This document shows, piece after piece, positions 46,001 to 58,000 of a stretch of 64,000 nucleotides of DNA (its first letter is position 1; each line of letters begins with the position of its first letter). A program made the position numbers and the translations under genes. The notes under the pieces are model-generated. The model made no database searches. It had not been told where the DNA came from and worked only from the letters and a program-made list of their open reading frames with translations. Source of the stretch: Phoronis australis (lineage: Eukaryota; Animalia; Phoronida); assembly GCA_002633005.1 (NCBI GenBank), contig NMRA01000149.1:640440-704439 (forward strand). Direction: 5' to 3'.

Positions 46001-49000
46001 ACAAACAGTTGGCTCAAATCAAGTTGCCCATGACTTGATTAATGGCTTAGTGAACATATTGCACTCTGTTCACTGGCAATATGGGCTTTTTTGTATTGGG
46101 ATAACTTAAGATACATGCAATTGCATTTTTTAGAGTGTTTAGGGCTGACGTAACCAACCTGTGAACATCAACAGGTCAAAAAATACCACCCATTTTTAAT
46201 GCATCACTTCTTACAGGAACGACCACCCATAATTTGAGTTTTTTTCTGAAGACCACCACCCATGAATTTTTATTTCTACTGCCGTCCCCCCCCTCCCACA
46301 CGGATTTTACTGGAACAGCCCTTAGCTTTTCATGGTCATATGGGAATGTTTTCACCAAACAGAGACTGGCACTTCAATCAATGCTAATGCAAATGTAAAG
46401 TCAATTGTGTAATTCTGGACAGTGACAAAACTGTAACTCCAACTACAGCTGTGGTTCTTTAGTGTGTAACAGTATCACAAGATGATTTCATTCTTACGAG
46501 ACACAAATGAAGCAGAACCACCATGTCAACGACGTAATTAAAATTAATTTATGCGAACCAATCAAAGATACCCATGAATACACCAGTACATGAATTCCAT
46601 TACTTTTGCCCAAGCGAAGGTAGAGAAGGATTTACTGATGAACAGATTTTTTTGAAAAGCAAATGATCAACAAAAATGAGTGAAATGTCCCACAACAGCC
46701 CGCATGCACTAAATGTAGCAAAAAGGGAGGGTGGGTGGCAAAAGCTTGGTTTGCAGTTTACCTGGATGTCGTCCAAACACAACTCCTCATTTATCTTAAA
46801 ACAAACCTCCAATATCAGAGAGGGAATCAGTTAAGCTACACAACACACCTGATATTAAATTCAAAAGTATTAACACACCTGACCCCAGTTTCCATACACA
46901 ACTTTATAACAAAAATACAGAATCGTGTAAACTAGCCATCTGTTCCAAAAATACATTTGGAAAGATCAGTATCTTAACTTGAGAAATAATTTAACCAATG
47001 AGACTAAATTTACTACAATTTTTATTCAAAGAGTCTAATAAGTTCAAGGAACACTCATTATATAAGATTCCGCTAAAAAGCACCAAAGAAAAGGGTAAAG
47101 TGATTCTCAAACCCCAGAACTTTATGTCCATTACACTAAGACTTGTACTGCATTGACATAATGATCAAATTCAATTCTTTATGGTAGATGTACCCAAAAA
47201 TTAAGTGAAACAATAGACCTTTGGAAGCAAGGGCAGATAACACAAACCTTGGACTTAGACTCAACACAAATTACGTTACAAGCAAAACGAGACTAAATAA
47301 ACAATCAAAAGTGCACAAAATGTGTCAGCTCATTTCTTGGAGGTTTGTTACACAGTGCACCTATGAGACGGCAGCGATCGTGCAGTAATTGTGTCCCTCA
47401 CAGTTACCTACCTTCAACATTGCCTGTTGATCTTCACTATACTCTATCTGTGCAGTGGCCAGGTTTATAAGGCCCCTAACTACAGGATCCCTGTCACTGT
47501 TGTACAGATAGACATATGGTCGGCGTACAGACTGAAATTTTAATAGACAATACAGCTGATGAGATGTGAAACTTTCTTTATCAATTATAACGAATATTTC
47601 AAAAAACCAAGAGAATCTGTGTTAACAAAATTTAATGAAGGAAAACTCAGTCAGACATGGGTGAGTGTTTTTTGCTCAACTGGACAAGTTCTCTGGTATA
47701 ATTGTTCAAGTTGGTGCATACAGCCTTTCAAATAGGTCTGAATTTGTATAAAATTGCTTGATAGGGTAGGATCAGGTTGATGCGAGTTTTATGGCAGGTA
47801 TCAAATACCAAGTAAAATTACAGATGGGTAATCAAAGTTAGCCTCCATTAATCGGACTACCACAAGCAACAGCTGGATGTAATCTCACAACAGAGGCCTA
47901 CCCCTACACATGGAAGAGAGGAAAATAAGCCCCTGCCATGTGTTGCGCAGAACTCTTACCACGTGATGTGGAACACCACCCTACACAAAATACCACTGAG
48001 GCTGAACTATAACCACGCGCAGACACCCTTGCCATGCAAAAATTGGGCAGTATGTGATTAGATGGCAGAGGCCACTATCCTGTAGCCCAGAAGACCAGTT
48101 CTTACTGAACAAAGCTGAATAATTGATATGAAGGAACATTGTTATTTAACACAGAGATCATCATGATTGGTTTTGAATAAGAAGAAATAGCTGTTTTCAC
48201 TTTGTTGTAGTCTCAAGGCCAGAGAGCACTGGCGTGCCATTTTACAATGTATTGTCGTGCAGTGATTTGCACAGTACATAGAGACTGGGATGCGCACTTC
48301 AGTCACTTACGCTGAACCTTGCCCTTGGTAAGAATGCCTGACTGTGGTAAGTTTTATGCGCAGTAGAGTTTTTGTGGAGTGCATTAACAGACAAATATCC
48401 ATGGTAAGAGTAAACAGTTTGTTTCTCCCACATGATATCACAAGTTATATATTCACTGCAACAGTTCTCACCACAAACTTCTTCACCCAGCCACTGGTGC
48501 TCTCCTCCAGGAACATCAGGAAGCCCTTCCTCGACACTATCGGGCTCACACGCATTTCCTCTATGACTGGCACAAACAGTAGTTGGTCACTGTCGACCCC
48601 CGATCCCTCCGACCTGATACTACTGATGCTGTGACAGGAGACAGATTTGCGATGCTCCTCTGGGGTGATGGGTCTGGGAAGGAAAGCAGAGGGAGCTAAT
48701 TAAGAAAGTTGTTTCATAAATGCAAAGAATACAAGAATGAAACTGGAAAGAAATTCACACGCAATAGACATTTTAGCAGTTAACTGATCACTTAGAATTT
48801 AAACTACTTAATGACACTTATTTCTAACTTTGCACATACTTGAAGTTCTCCGACATTGACGAACTTATGCTGCACGTCATTTTATCTGAGTCTGACCCCG
48901 AGGTCTCACTGTCATCTGAGCATGGTAAACTAGTCCCCGTTTCTGCAGACTTCAACGGCGGCGGATTGCTTGGGATTCTACAAGGCGTCATGAATTTTAG

Positions 49001-52000
49001 ATACTTTTGGGCAAGTTCCTTATCACGATCCAGTTCCAGACCAAGGCTGTCTGAACTAGCAGTGGTAGATAAGCCATCTTTGTTCACGTTCTCTGCTTCC
49101 TCTTTTCCCTGGTCAGCATCTTTCTTTGCAATCTCGCGGGTTTTTTCCTCGAGATTCGATGTTTCCTTGTCAAGCTTGCTCAGTTCATTAGTTTTGTTCT
49201 GTTCCACAAGTTTTTCTCTAAGCAGCAGAATGTGCCGGGCTTTTTCAACCTATCAATTAAAGTAAATGAAATGGAAACCATGAACATTTACATTGAGGGA
49301 TGTAACTTGATACCTAAAACATTTCATTTTACACAGTCTAGTCTGTGTGACAATCTACATCAGATACCTGAGAAGGACTAAACTTTCAATAAGTAAGATA
49401 AATATTAAGTACTTCTCATTTACAAATCCGATGTTAAATAGGTTCTGTAAAACTGCATGTTGCCTTGTTTAGCTGGGTAAAATGATACTCAAATTAAGCT
49501 GCTTAATCTCACAACATAAGCCTCATATTCCTTACTGTGATAGGATTCGATTTCAGTTACCAACACAAGTCACACTCAATACGTACATAGGAATGAACAT
49601 CAACAATAAACTCCAAAGTGTTTTCTGAATCAATGATGGTTTTGATTTTCTGTTGGTAACAGAAATAGAATCCACCACTATAAGGAATACTATGAGAACG
49701 ATTTTACTAGATTACAAGGCCTAAATTCAATTTTAGCCCGCTAAACAGGGCAAAATGTTGCATCTAGCTGACACCAAATTATTCAGTTACTAAATTATTC
49801 AGTCCTGAATGACAACTAACCATCTCCAATCTCGTTAGTTTCTCCAACTCCCATTGATGCTCAAAAATGAGCGAGTCCCCTCGAGGTCTCCATCCTTGAA
49901 GGTTTTCTTCTCCCCTGACATAAGTCGATGAAGTGTCTAGTACACGCCTCTGTCGCCTCTGAAGTCCTGTCGGTGTATCAATAAATTGTTTTTGTACACT
50001 GTTCAATACTTGACTCTTAAGGTTTCACTCAATATAAATAACAACTTAAGCACACTTCAGAATGAGAACAAATATTGAACACAACAAGAGCATTTGAAAC
50101 GCAAGGTCAATTTTAAATGAAAACATCTATTCAATACTGTCTCTGAGTGATAAAATAACAAATATTTCTTGGATTAATCCCTAGAGCCGCTTTACGAATG
50201 TAAAATGTTTAACTGTTTTGTTTATACTGAAGGTGAAGATCACCATAGAAAGAAGATGCTACTTTCAATATTTCAAATATTCCTGTTATCTATCATGGTA
50301 AAATGAAAATGATTATGTTTAAAAATCAAGTTCTCAATTTGGGTATTTTTTGAAAATACACTTTACAGTGATCTGTTCTCTTAGGGCTGTTCCAGTAAAA
50401 TCTGTATGGGAGGGGGGGAAGGCACCTTTTTTCGCACCCACCACCCATATTTTTCATTTATTTCTTCAGCCTACCACCCATAATTTTTTATAGGTTTGAA
50501 ATGCAACCACCCGTAAATTTTTGTTGTTGTTGTGGTTGACTGCACAGGCGCTTGAGTTTATCTGTTCCTCCATCACCACTAACGTCATTCATTACAAAGA
50601 AAACATATGTTTCTTATATATGGTTATTAGCCATCAAGAAATTCGAGCACCTGTGGTTAAATGGTGTTATGGGCATGCCGATGAGGAGATCGGAGGGAGT
50701 GAAAAAGTTGGCGCTCTTTGCAAGTTGCATTTTTGTTTCAGTTTTTGATTCTGTGCAGATAGTTTATAAAATTTACTAAAATTACCCACCATCAAACATT
50801 TATGGCCCAATGAAACAACAAAGACCTGTAAATTTTAATTTTTTTGAAGTACGACCACCAGCCATTTTGAATTTAAGTCAAACGCAACCACCCATAAATT
50901 TTTATTTCAGTTGCCTTCCCCCCACACAGATTTTGCTGGAACAGCCCTTACTGCATTTCTTCTGAATCAGTCTAATTATTAAGTAGTGTCAGAGCAAATG
51001 TTATGCAATGAATGTGATTGACAATTTTCTAATAAAATGAAACTAACAAACCTGGACTTCCTGACTCTGAACATTTCTTCAAGCTGAGCTCGTAAACACC
51101 CGACACTCGGTTACAGTCATGCCCCCTGTTGTAGCCCTGACCAAACAGACTCCGTAGTGACCTAAAACGTGTACTGTGTAAGAACATGAGAGGATTAGTT
51201 CGTATACATGCCCACAACATTAGATAACTAATTGGTTTGGACAAGCATAAGCTAAGGGTTACAACAAATTAACAATACCTAAGAAACAAAAGAGGATTCC
51301 AATTAAACCATCATGCAAAATGAAAGTGGATAGCCTCCATGAAAAATATGAAGTGTTTTTCTTTGCATTTTATGTGCTGAAGAGTTTGAAACAGGGCTAC
51401 AATTAAACAAAGGCATTTCTTCTACAGTAATCAAGAGTATTTAATTTAGAATGAGGACCCTTAGAGAAACATTGAGTCAACAAAAAATCACTTCGTTCAA
51501 CCGAGTTCGTTAATCAGGCACAGACACGCAAAGCACATATCGTGGATCTCTATTTGGAGGTTCAGTAATGGATAAATGGTAGCTGATAGTCATCCATTAC
51601 AGTAATGCAAATGTGATCAAGAGGGGGGGGGGGGGGNGGGGGGGGATCCAGATGTCCTGCACATTCTCAGGACACACCTAAATACATAAAAGGTTACAAC
51701 AAACGACAACTCTTGTTGAAGCATCATGGATAAGAGTGACTACACTAACCTTGGGGCTGAAATCTTTGACTCTCTGGAGTACAGTACCATTGACAGATCT
51801 CTGGTGATACAGGCTGGCATGGCACAGTTCTCAATCTGAAAATAGTTAAGCAATGTTTTACCAGCATATCCTCAGATAAATTATATTTCCCTTGTGTTAC
51901 CATTTTTTAAGAAAAATATAAAATAACATTGAGTTTTGTTTCTCTTTGGCAGCATTCCTCACGAGTGAATACAATGATTGCGTTCCTTACATGTGACAAA

Positions 52001-55000
52001 ACGTGACTGCATTCTGAACATGTATCAACCAATACAAATCAAGTCATTCAGTCAGGTGCTTCATAATGAAAAAATTGGCTTTATTTAAAATTGACCTGTC
52101 ACCAGGATTGTGAGAGATGGCTTAGCTAACTAATCAGAATGCAGCATTCTTGACACACCTTCATTTCCAAGTTGCCATTTCACCCAACAAACAACAAGTT
52201 GCCAGGTAAAAGTTATTGTCAGCTTGTCGACATTTCGCAAGGGGGCGGAGCTTGTGACAGGTCAATTGACAGATGACTGCACTCACCTCAAGGTAAGCAG
52301 ATATTGTCAGGTAAATCTTCTCCCCACTTGGTGTGATTCTGTTGAGTAGCATGGAGTTGTGTAGAGAGCTGTCCCACGCTGCCTCGAACCGGAAAAATAT
52401 TCTATCAAGAGAAAGCACATGGACATCAGTTGTAATAAATTACAATCAAAATACTATTGCAAAACTTTTGACCTTTGATAAGTTCATCAGGTTACAATAT
52501 GGTGCTTTAGATGTCAAGTTTACACATACACTCAATTGCCTGTTTACAAAAAACTAGGACTGACCTTGTCAGAATTCAGGCTGGGAATCTCAAATAAAAT
52601 TAAAAGCATTCCAGCAGCAAATATCATCTTAATTTCTTCTGGCCATGCAACAATATCAGAAGCTTGAGGAAGACAAATTGATAGAGATGTTAAAAATTAA
52701 ACTCATTAAAATATTTTAATTTGATAAGAAAACTCTTAATTAACATTGAGCAAAAGTTGACCAACAGACGCTGCTATAAAATGGCATTATGCCATCACGA
52801 TCAACAAGGTTTAACTGAAGAAAAGCTAAAAATGTAGACAAAAAATTAATTGTTGATAGTTTTCTCAAAAACTAAGAAATTGTACTGACTGGATTAACGC
52901 AAAAAGCAGAACAGAAAAGAAGTAGAACAAAAACAGAAGATAGATAGCAATGCTTGATTAATTTGTAGAAACTCATTGATTATGAATGGGAAGGTTTTGG
53001 TAATTTTTTAACAATAGCTTTAAGGAAAAGTGAAAAGGAACTATTGTCATCCATTAGTAACAGCCCACCTTTCATCACCAGGTTGCTGTATATAATGTGC
53101 AGGAAGAAGGTTCAACGACAACACCGAGTTCTCTGTGTCGCTCTCTCTGAAGTCTGGCGTGTTCCTAATGCGACCAATCACAAGTTCTTTAACGTCTCTC
53201 CACAACAAGTCCGGCCCGTTCTCATGTACAATAGTAACAGCAATCCTTCGCTGTATGCCTTGATGAAGTAGGAAGTCGCCACTACAGGGCATCTCATCAG
53301 CGTGACTGACGGCTGCTGGCACATACCTGCACATAGAGGCTTTCATTGCTAAGTTTCATGAAGGGATATTATTTCTAAAATGCCCCACATTTCCACTGCC
53401 GATTAAAATAAGCACTGCAATAGTAGTGGATATAGCTTCTTCATAGAGAATGGCACGACATGTTAAAATCATGGAGTTCCATGCACAATGCTGAATTACA
53501 AAACATTGTCATCTTAAACATTAAGGTGACTATAAACCCAGGTTGCATGATCATAAATCTAAGCGTATCACCAGTGCTCAAACAGCCACGCTGTTCACCA
53601 CCACAAAAAACAACTTAGATTTACCATTCATAGCTACAAACTTGGTTCCAAATTGTTCCTTAGTCAATTTGAAGGTGATTTCAAGGCCTTGAAAGAACTG
53701 ACAGTTTGTTAGTGTTGAGATTAATCTCAACTCCTTTGTTCAAAATGGTGTGTCATATTATGAACCAAGGATTGTCTCACGCAATAATGGACTAACGTTC
53801 TTTGCAAACACATTTCTCATCAGAGTTGTAAACAAGTTGAGGCCAATTTTACAGCATTAAGTGGGCTTACAACTGCTTTAAATGTCGGCATAGCAAAAAA
53901 TGTGACCTATGCTCTGCTAGACACAAAATGCTTGCTAACAGTGACAACCAAATTATGAAATTCAAACATAATACCATGGTCAGTAACCAAGGAAATCGAG
54001 GCGTATTTTCAGGGCTCAAACAGTCAGGTTGCACAGCTGAGTCTCAAAGTTATAAAGAGTACAGAAGACGCAGGTACCGTAGTTAAACTTACTCTCCACT
54101 AGGCGCTAACTCGTAGATTTCAAACCAGACCAACAGGTCATATTTCGTATGTACATGGCTGGTACTGAAAGGAAGTAAAAACAAGTGAGATGAGTCTTTA
54201 ATGAACTAATATGTACAGAGCTGTTAGTGAAACTTGTAATACTTTTAAACATTTTACAACCATTTGTTTGTATCTCTTGGTAATACAGGATAACTCAAAC
54301 CAAAAATAACTTCAAGACAAAGACTTATAATGGTAATGGTAACAGTAATTAAAATTAGCAAATATCTTCAGATAACCGTATTTTGTTAATTATACACAAA
54401 ATAAAAAGTTCACAGTTATCTATAAATAACATTTTTTATAGCAGGGGAGTTCAATACATGACAGATATATGGACTAAAGTAGTTAAATATGACAGATATA
54501 TGGACTAAAGTAGTTAAATATGACAGATATATGGACTAAAGTAGTTAAATAGTAAAAAAGTGTTCCTAGCAAAGTTCGTGACTGTTGGCAAGTTATTCCA
54601 AAAATGTCCGTCTTGAGATTGTAGTGTCTCTGTTGAGATACTGAAATTTTACATATGTCTCACTGGTGAAAGTGTAATGGTGGGAGATTTTATACTTTTG
54701 ATGTGTAATTTCTACAATTCACAGAATATGTCCAGTTGTTTCATTCTCTCAGTATCGATGTTGTATCAATGTGATATCAACGATGTATGCTCGATATAAC
54801 ACCACACTTGGTCTTCAATCATTAATTACAGCAAGCAACTCAATAACTGTTAAACGCTGACAGGCATAGATTAAATGATACACTAAACTTGTGAAGACCA
54901 TTTCCACAAGTTGGATGAGGTTATGCAGGGCGTGTCTTTGTATTAGAATTAGTGGAACATCTAGAAAACAGTAGTTCTAATTCAGTAAGGTAATTTTTCT

Positions 55001-58000
55001 GAAAGAAGAAAGCTTGCAGATATTCGTTACTAACTTTATACCAATCTGCCGTACGTTTAGTCACGTGACAACAACTTTTGCAAATTTAGACAAAAAGAAT
55101 CTTGGTTTCATTGCGAAACAACAGTGTAAATGGCATGACCAAGTTTCATTTGATACAATTGTTCAACGTGAAATCTCAAAAAATGTTGTAAAGGTTTTCC
55201 AATTTATTCTTTTTCGTTTTAATGTAACTTTCGAGTTTTTCCATAAAAGTCCAAATTTTTCCATCATGTAAAAGTGGAATTCCCGACGCTGTTCTGGAGA
55301 ACAGTGCATAAAACACAGTATCTGAAAGTTTTACGCGAATCCGATCAGCCATTTCTGAGATGTGATGTTTTGAAATTAACAAAATTTGGAGATTTTTCTC
55401 TGGCCCAACATAACCTTAACAATGGCTAGGAGCACAAGCCTTGCCTGCACATGGTCCAACCTATGTGTTCAATGAACAAAGACAAGCCAAGGAACCACCA
55501 AATACCACGCCATCCAAACCCAACACACTCTATTCATGTAACATGTCAATGGTGTGATTCCTCACCTCAAATACTGGATTACTTTCTGACATACACAACT
55601 GCACAAGAATTTTGGAAAAGTTAAAGAGACGTGCCTTCTAAACAATTCCCATTCGAATTTTCATCTGTTATACATTTTGATGAACAATTTCTCCAGAAAG
55701 GATTTTGGTGACAAAAGAGTGTCCAACAGCTGCACACTTTTATGTCACCACTATCTATCCCATAATAAAACTACAAAAACTAGATGAATTAAAGCATTTC
55801 CTCTATCGCAGCCACTGAAATATTCTTTTATCATTTTCACTTATCTCTTGAAAAAATCGTCTCAAAAGTAATCCCGCATGTTAATTCTTGTTAGGGCTCA
55901 GTACACATTATTCATGCAGAAAATTTTTGAAAAATGTTAAACCACCTCTATTAAAACCATGTATTTTATAAAGAATGCACAGACCAGCAGGACAGTGTTA
56001 GCAGAGCACCAGGAACAAAAGATAAATGAACACAAACACAGGGTTTACCTGTTGTTTACAATGACAAGAGACTTTGAACTGAAAGTCAGAGAAATAGATT
56101 AAACTGAATAGTTCACAACATAAACAGAAAACACTGGTTCTGAAACATAGAGTATTCACAATTTGGACACAGATTTTTGTTCGTCGTACTTGTATTATTA
56201 CAAAAGACACAGACAGTGCCATCTTACAAAACAGCCAACATATTTCAAAGACAGACCTTGTGCTTAATTAACACAGCGAATTAGAGTTCCCAATTTTACA
56301 AGATTGTACTGTGGACCCATTGTAATCTACTGATAGTTTTTGTGGCTACTTTCATATGGTACTGGGAATTCCTGGAAGAAAGCCCCAGGATCTGCATTCA
56401 CAAAATGGCATATTATATACTAATTTATGTTTAAACCTAAATCTTAATTATCATTATGCCTCATTCTGTAGTCACTAACAATCTCAGTTTGGGCTGGGTA
56501 CACATTTTTGTAACAATTCACGATCATGCCCAGATGATTGTAATTACATGATTGCATTTTCCCTAAATTTGGTATTTTTCAAAGATAGCCGTAATTTCCA
56601 CAGACATTATTTTTAAAAAATGGGAAATTAGCAATAAAAGCATCTCTAGGATTTTCTGTTAAGGTCTTTAAGAATTTCAGTCAAAAAATGAGCCTTCGGA
56701 AGTGGTCTGTTACTTAAACCAGGCACTACATAATGATTACTGTGATTGACCAATGGTTTCGTGGTTTTTAAAATTTTACAGCTGTAACTTTAAGGACAGT
56801 TGCATCAGTAATCCATACATCCTATTTTTGCAATTTTGGTACATAATAATGAGAACACTAACATTCTGATAAAGATATAACCATAGATGAAAACATGGTG
56901 AGCAGGCAAGGTTCCAGGTAGAGATGTCTTGTATAGTTTTTGTAAATGTTGTACAACACATTTTGAATACCGGTAGTTACCCACTAACATGGAGCCAAAC
57001 TGTGACATAATTTAAGAAAGATAATTGGAATTGCATCAGAAAACTACAGGCTGGGGAAAAACACAAACAGAAATTATAAACAAAATATCTTTGAAAGTGT
57101 TAGTCAACATATTTACAGGAGTGGTCCAATGAGAATAATGAAAATCAAGCTGGGTTCCACAAAGAACATTGCACTGTAGACAATATGTTTTTGTGTTAAG
57201 TACTCTCTCTTAGACCAATCTTGACATGGTATAAAGAGGGTATTCTTGTCTGTGAATTATCACATTAAGTGACCTTATCTGGCTCACCTAACAGGTGTAA
57301 GTTGGCCAAACTTAGGTGACGTCATCGGCGTAGAGATTGGAAGGCAGGGTGGGAAGTTACTCTTCTGTGATGGCCTGAAGCTGGAATATTATAAACACGT
57401 CTGAAGCTGGAATATTGTAAACATGTCTGAAGTGGAAATATAGAACATGTCTGAGACTACAATATAGAACATGTCTGAGGCTACAATATAGAGCATGTCT
57501 GAGGCTACAATATAGAACATGTCTGAGGCTACAATATAGAACATGTCTGAGGCAACACCAAAGAACATGTCTGAGGCTACAATATAGAACATGTCTGAAG
57601 CTACCATGTAGAACATGTCTGAGGCTACAATATATAACACTTACAAGAATAGAATATGGAATATGTCTATTCACTATCAGGACAACATGTGATCATTTTA
57701 CCATCAATGACCAATTTGTATACATGCAGCAAAAAGAATCTAACGTGTCATAATATTTTTCCAATTACTAAACCAATTTGAAGTAAAAATATGCACTAAC
57801 TTTTAGTCATTTATCGTACAGCATTGCTATCAAAAATAAAATTCAGTTTTCCAGTAATAAACAAGCCTTCATAAACCAAGTTATATTTTGTAGAATAACA
57901 ACTTTAAACTTACACGGTGAATAAAAAACACAAACACAAACAGCAAGTCACAGAGAGCAGATTAAAGGCGAAGGCAACCTTTTTCCATGTCATTTTGAGC

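Noticed and set aside
47556-47580. CTGATGAGATGTGAAAC as another hammerhead
   Set aside because: No stem II can form and there is no cleavage triplet or stem I
54458-54550. 31-bp direct repeats as a mini-CRISPR
   Set aside because: Head-to-tail copies without spacers
55567-56999. Candidate KIF1A microexons (20 nt near 55567-55586; 19 nt near 56981-56999) with AG/GT borders
   Set aside because: Neither preserves frame alone, and the 19-nt one introduces a stop in the KIF1A frame
57375-57640. CRISPR-like array, or 8-aa-repeat proteins (ORFs 57357-57674, 57389-57640)
   Set aside because: Units are contiguous with no unique spacers, there are no cas genes, and the context is a eukaryotic intron; the ORFs are by-products of a 24-bp period
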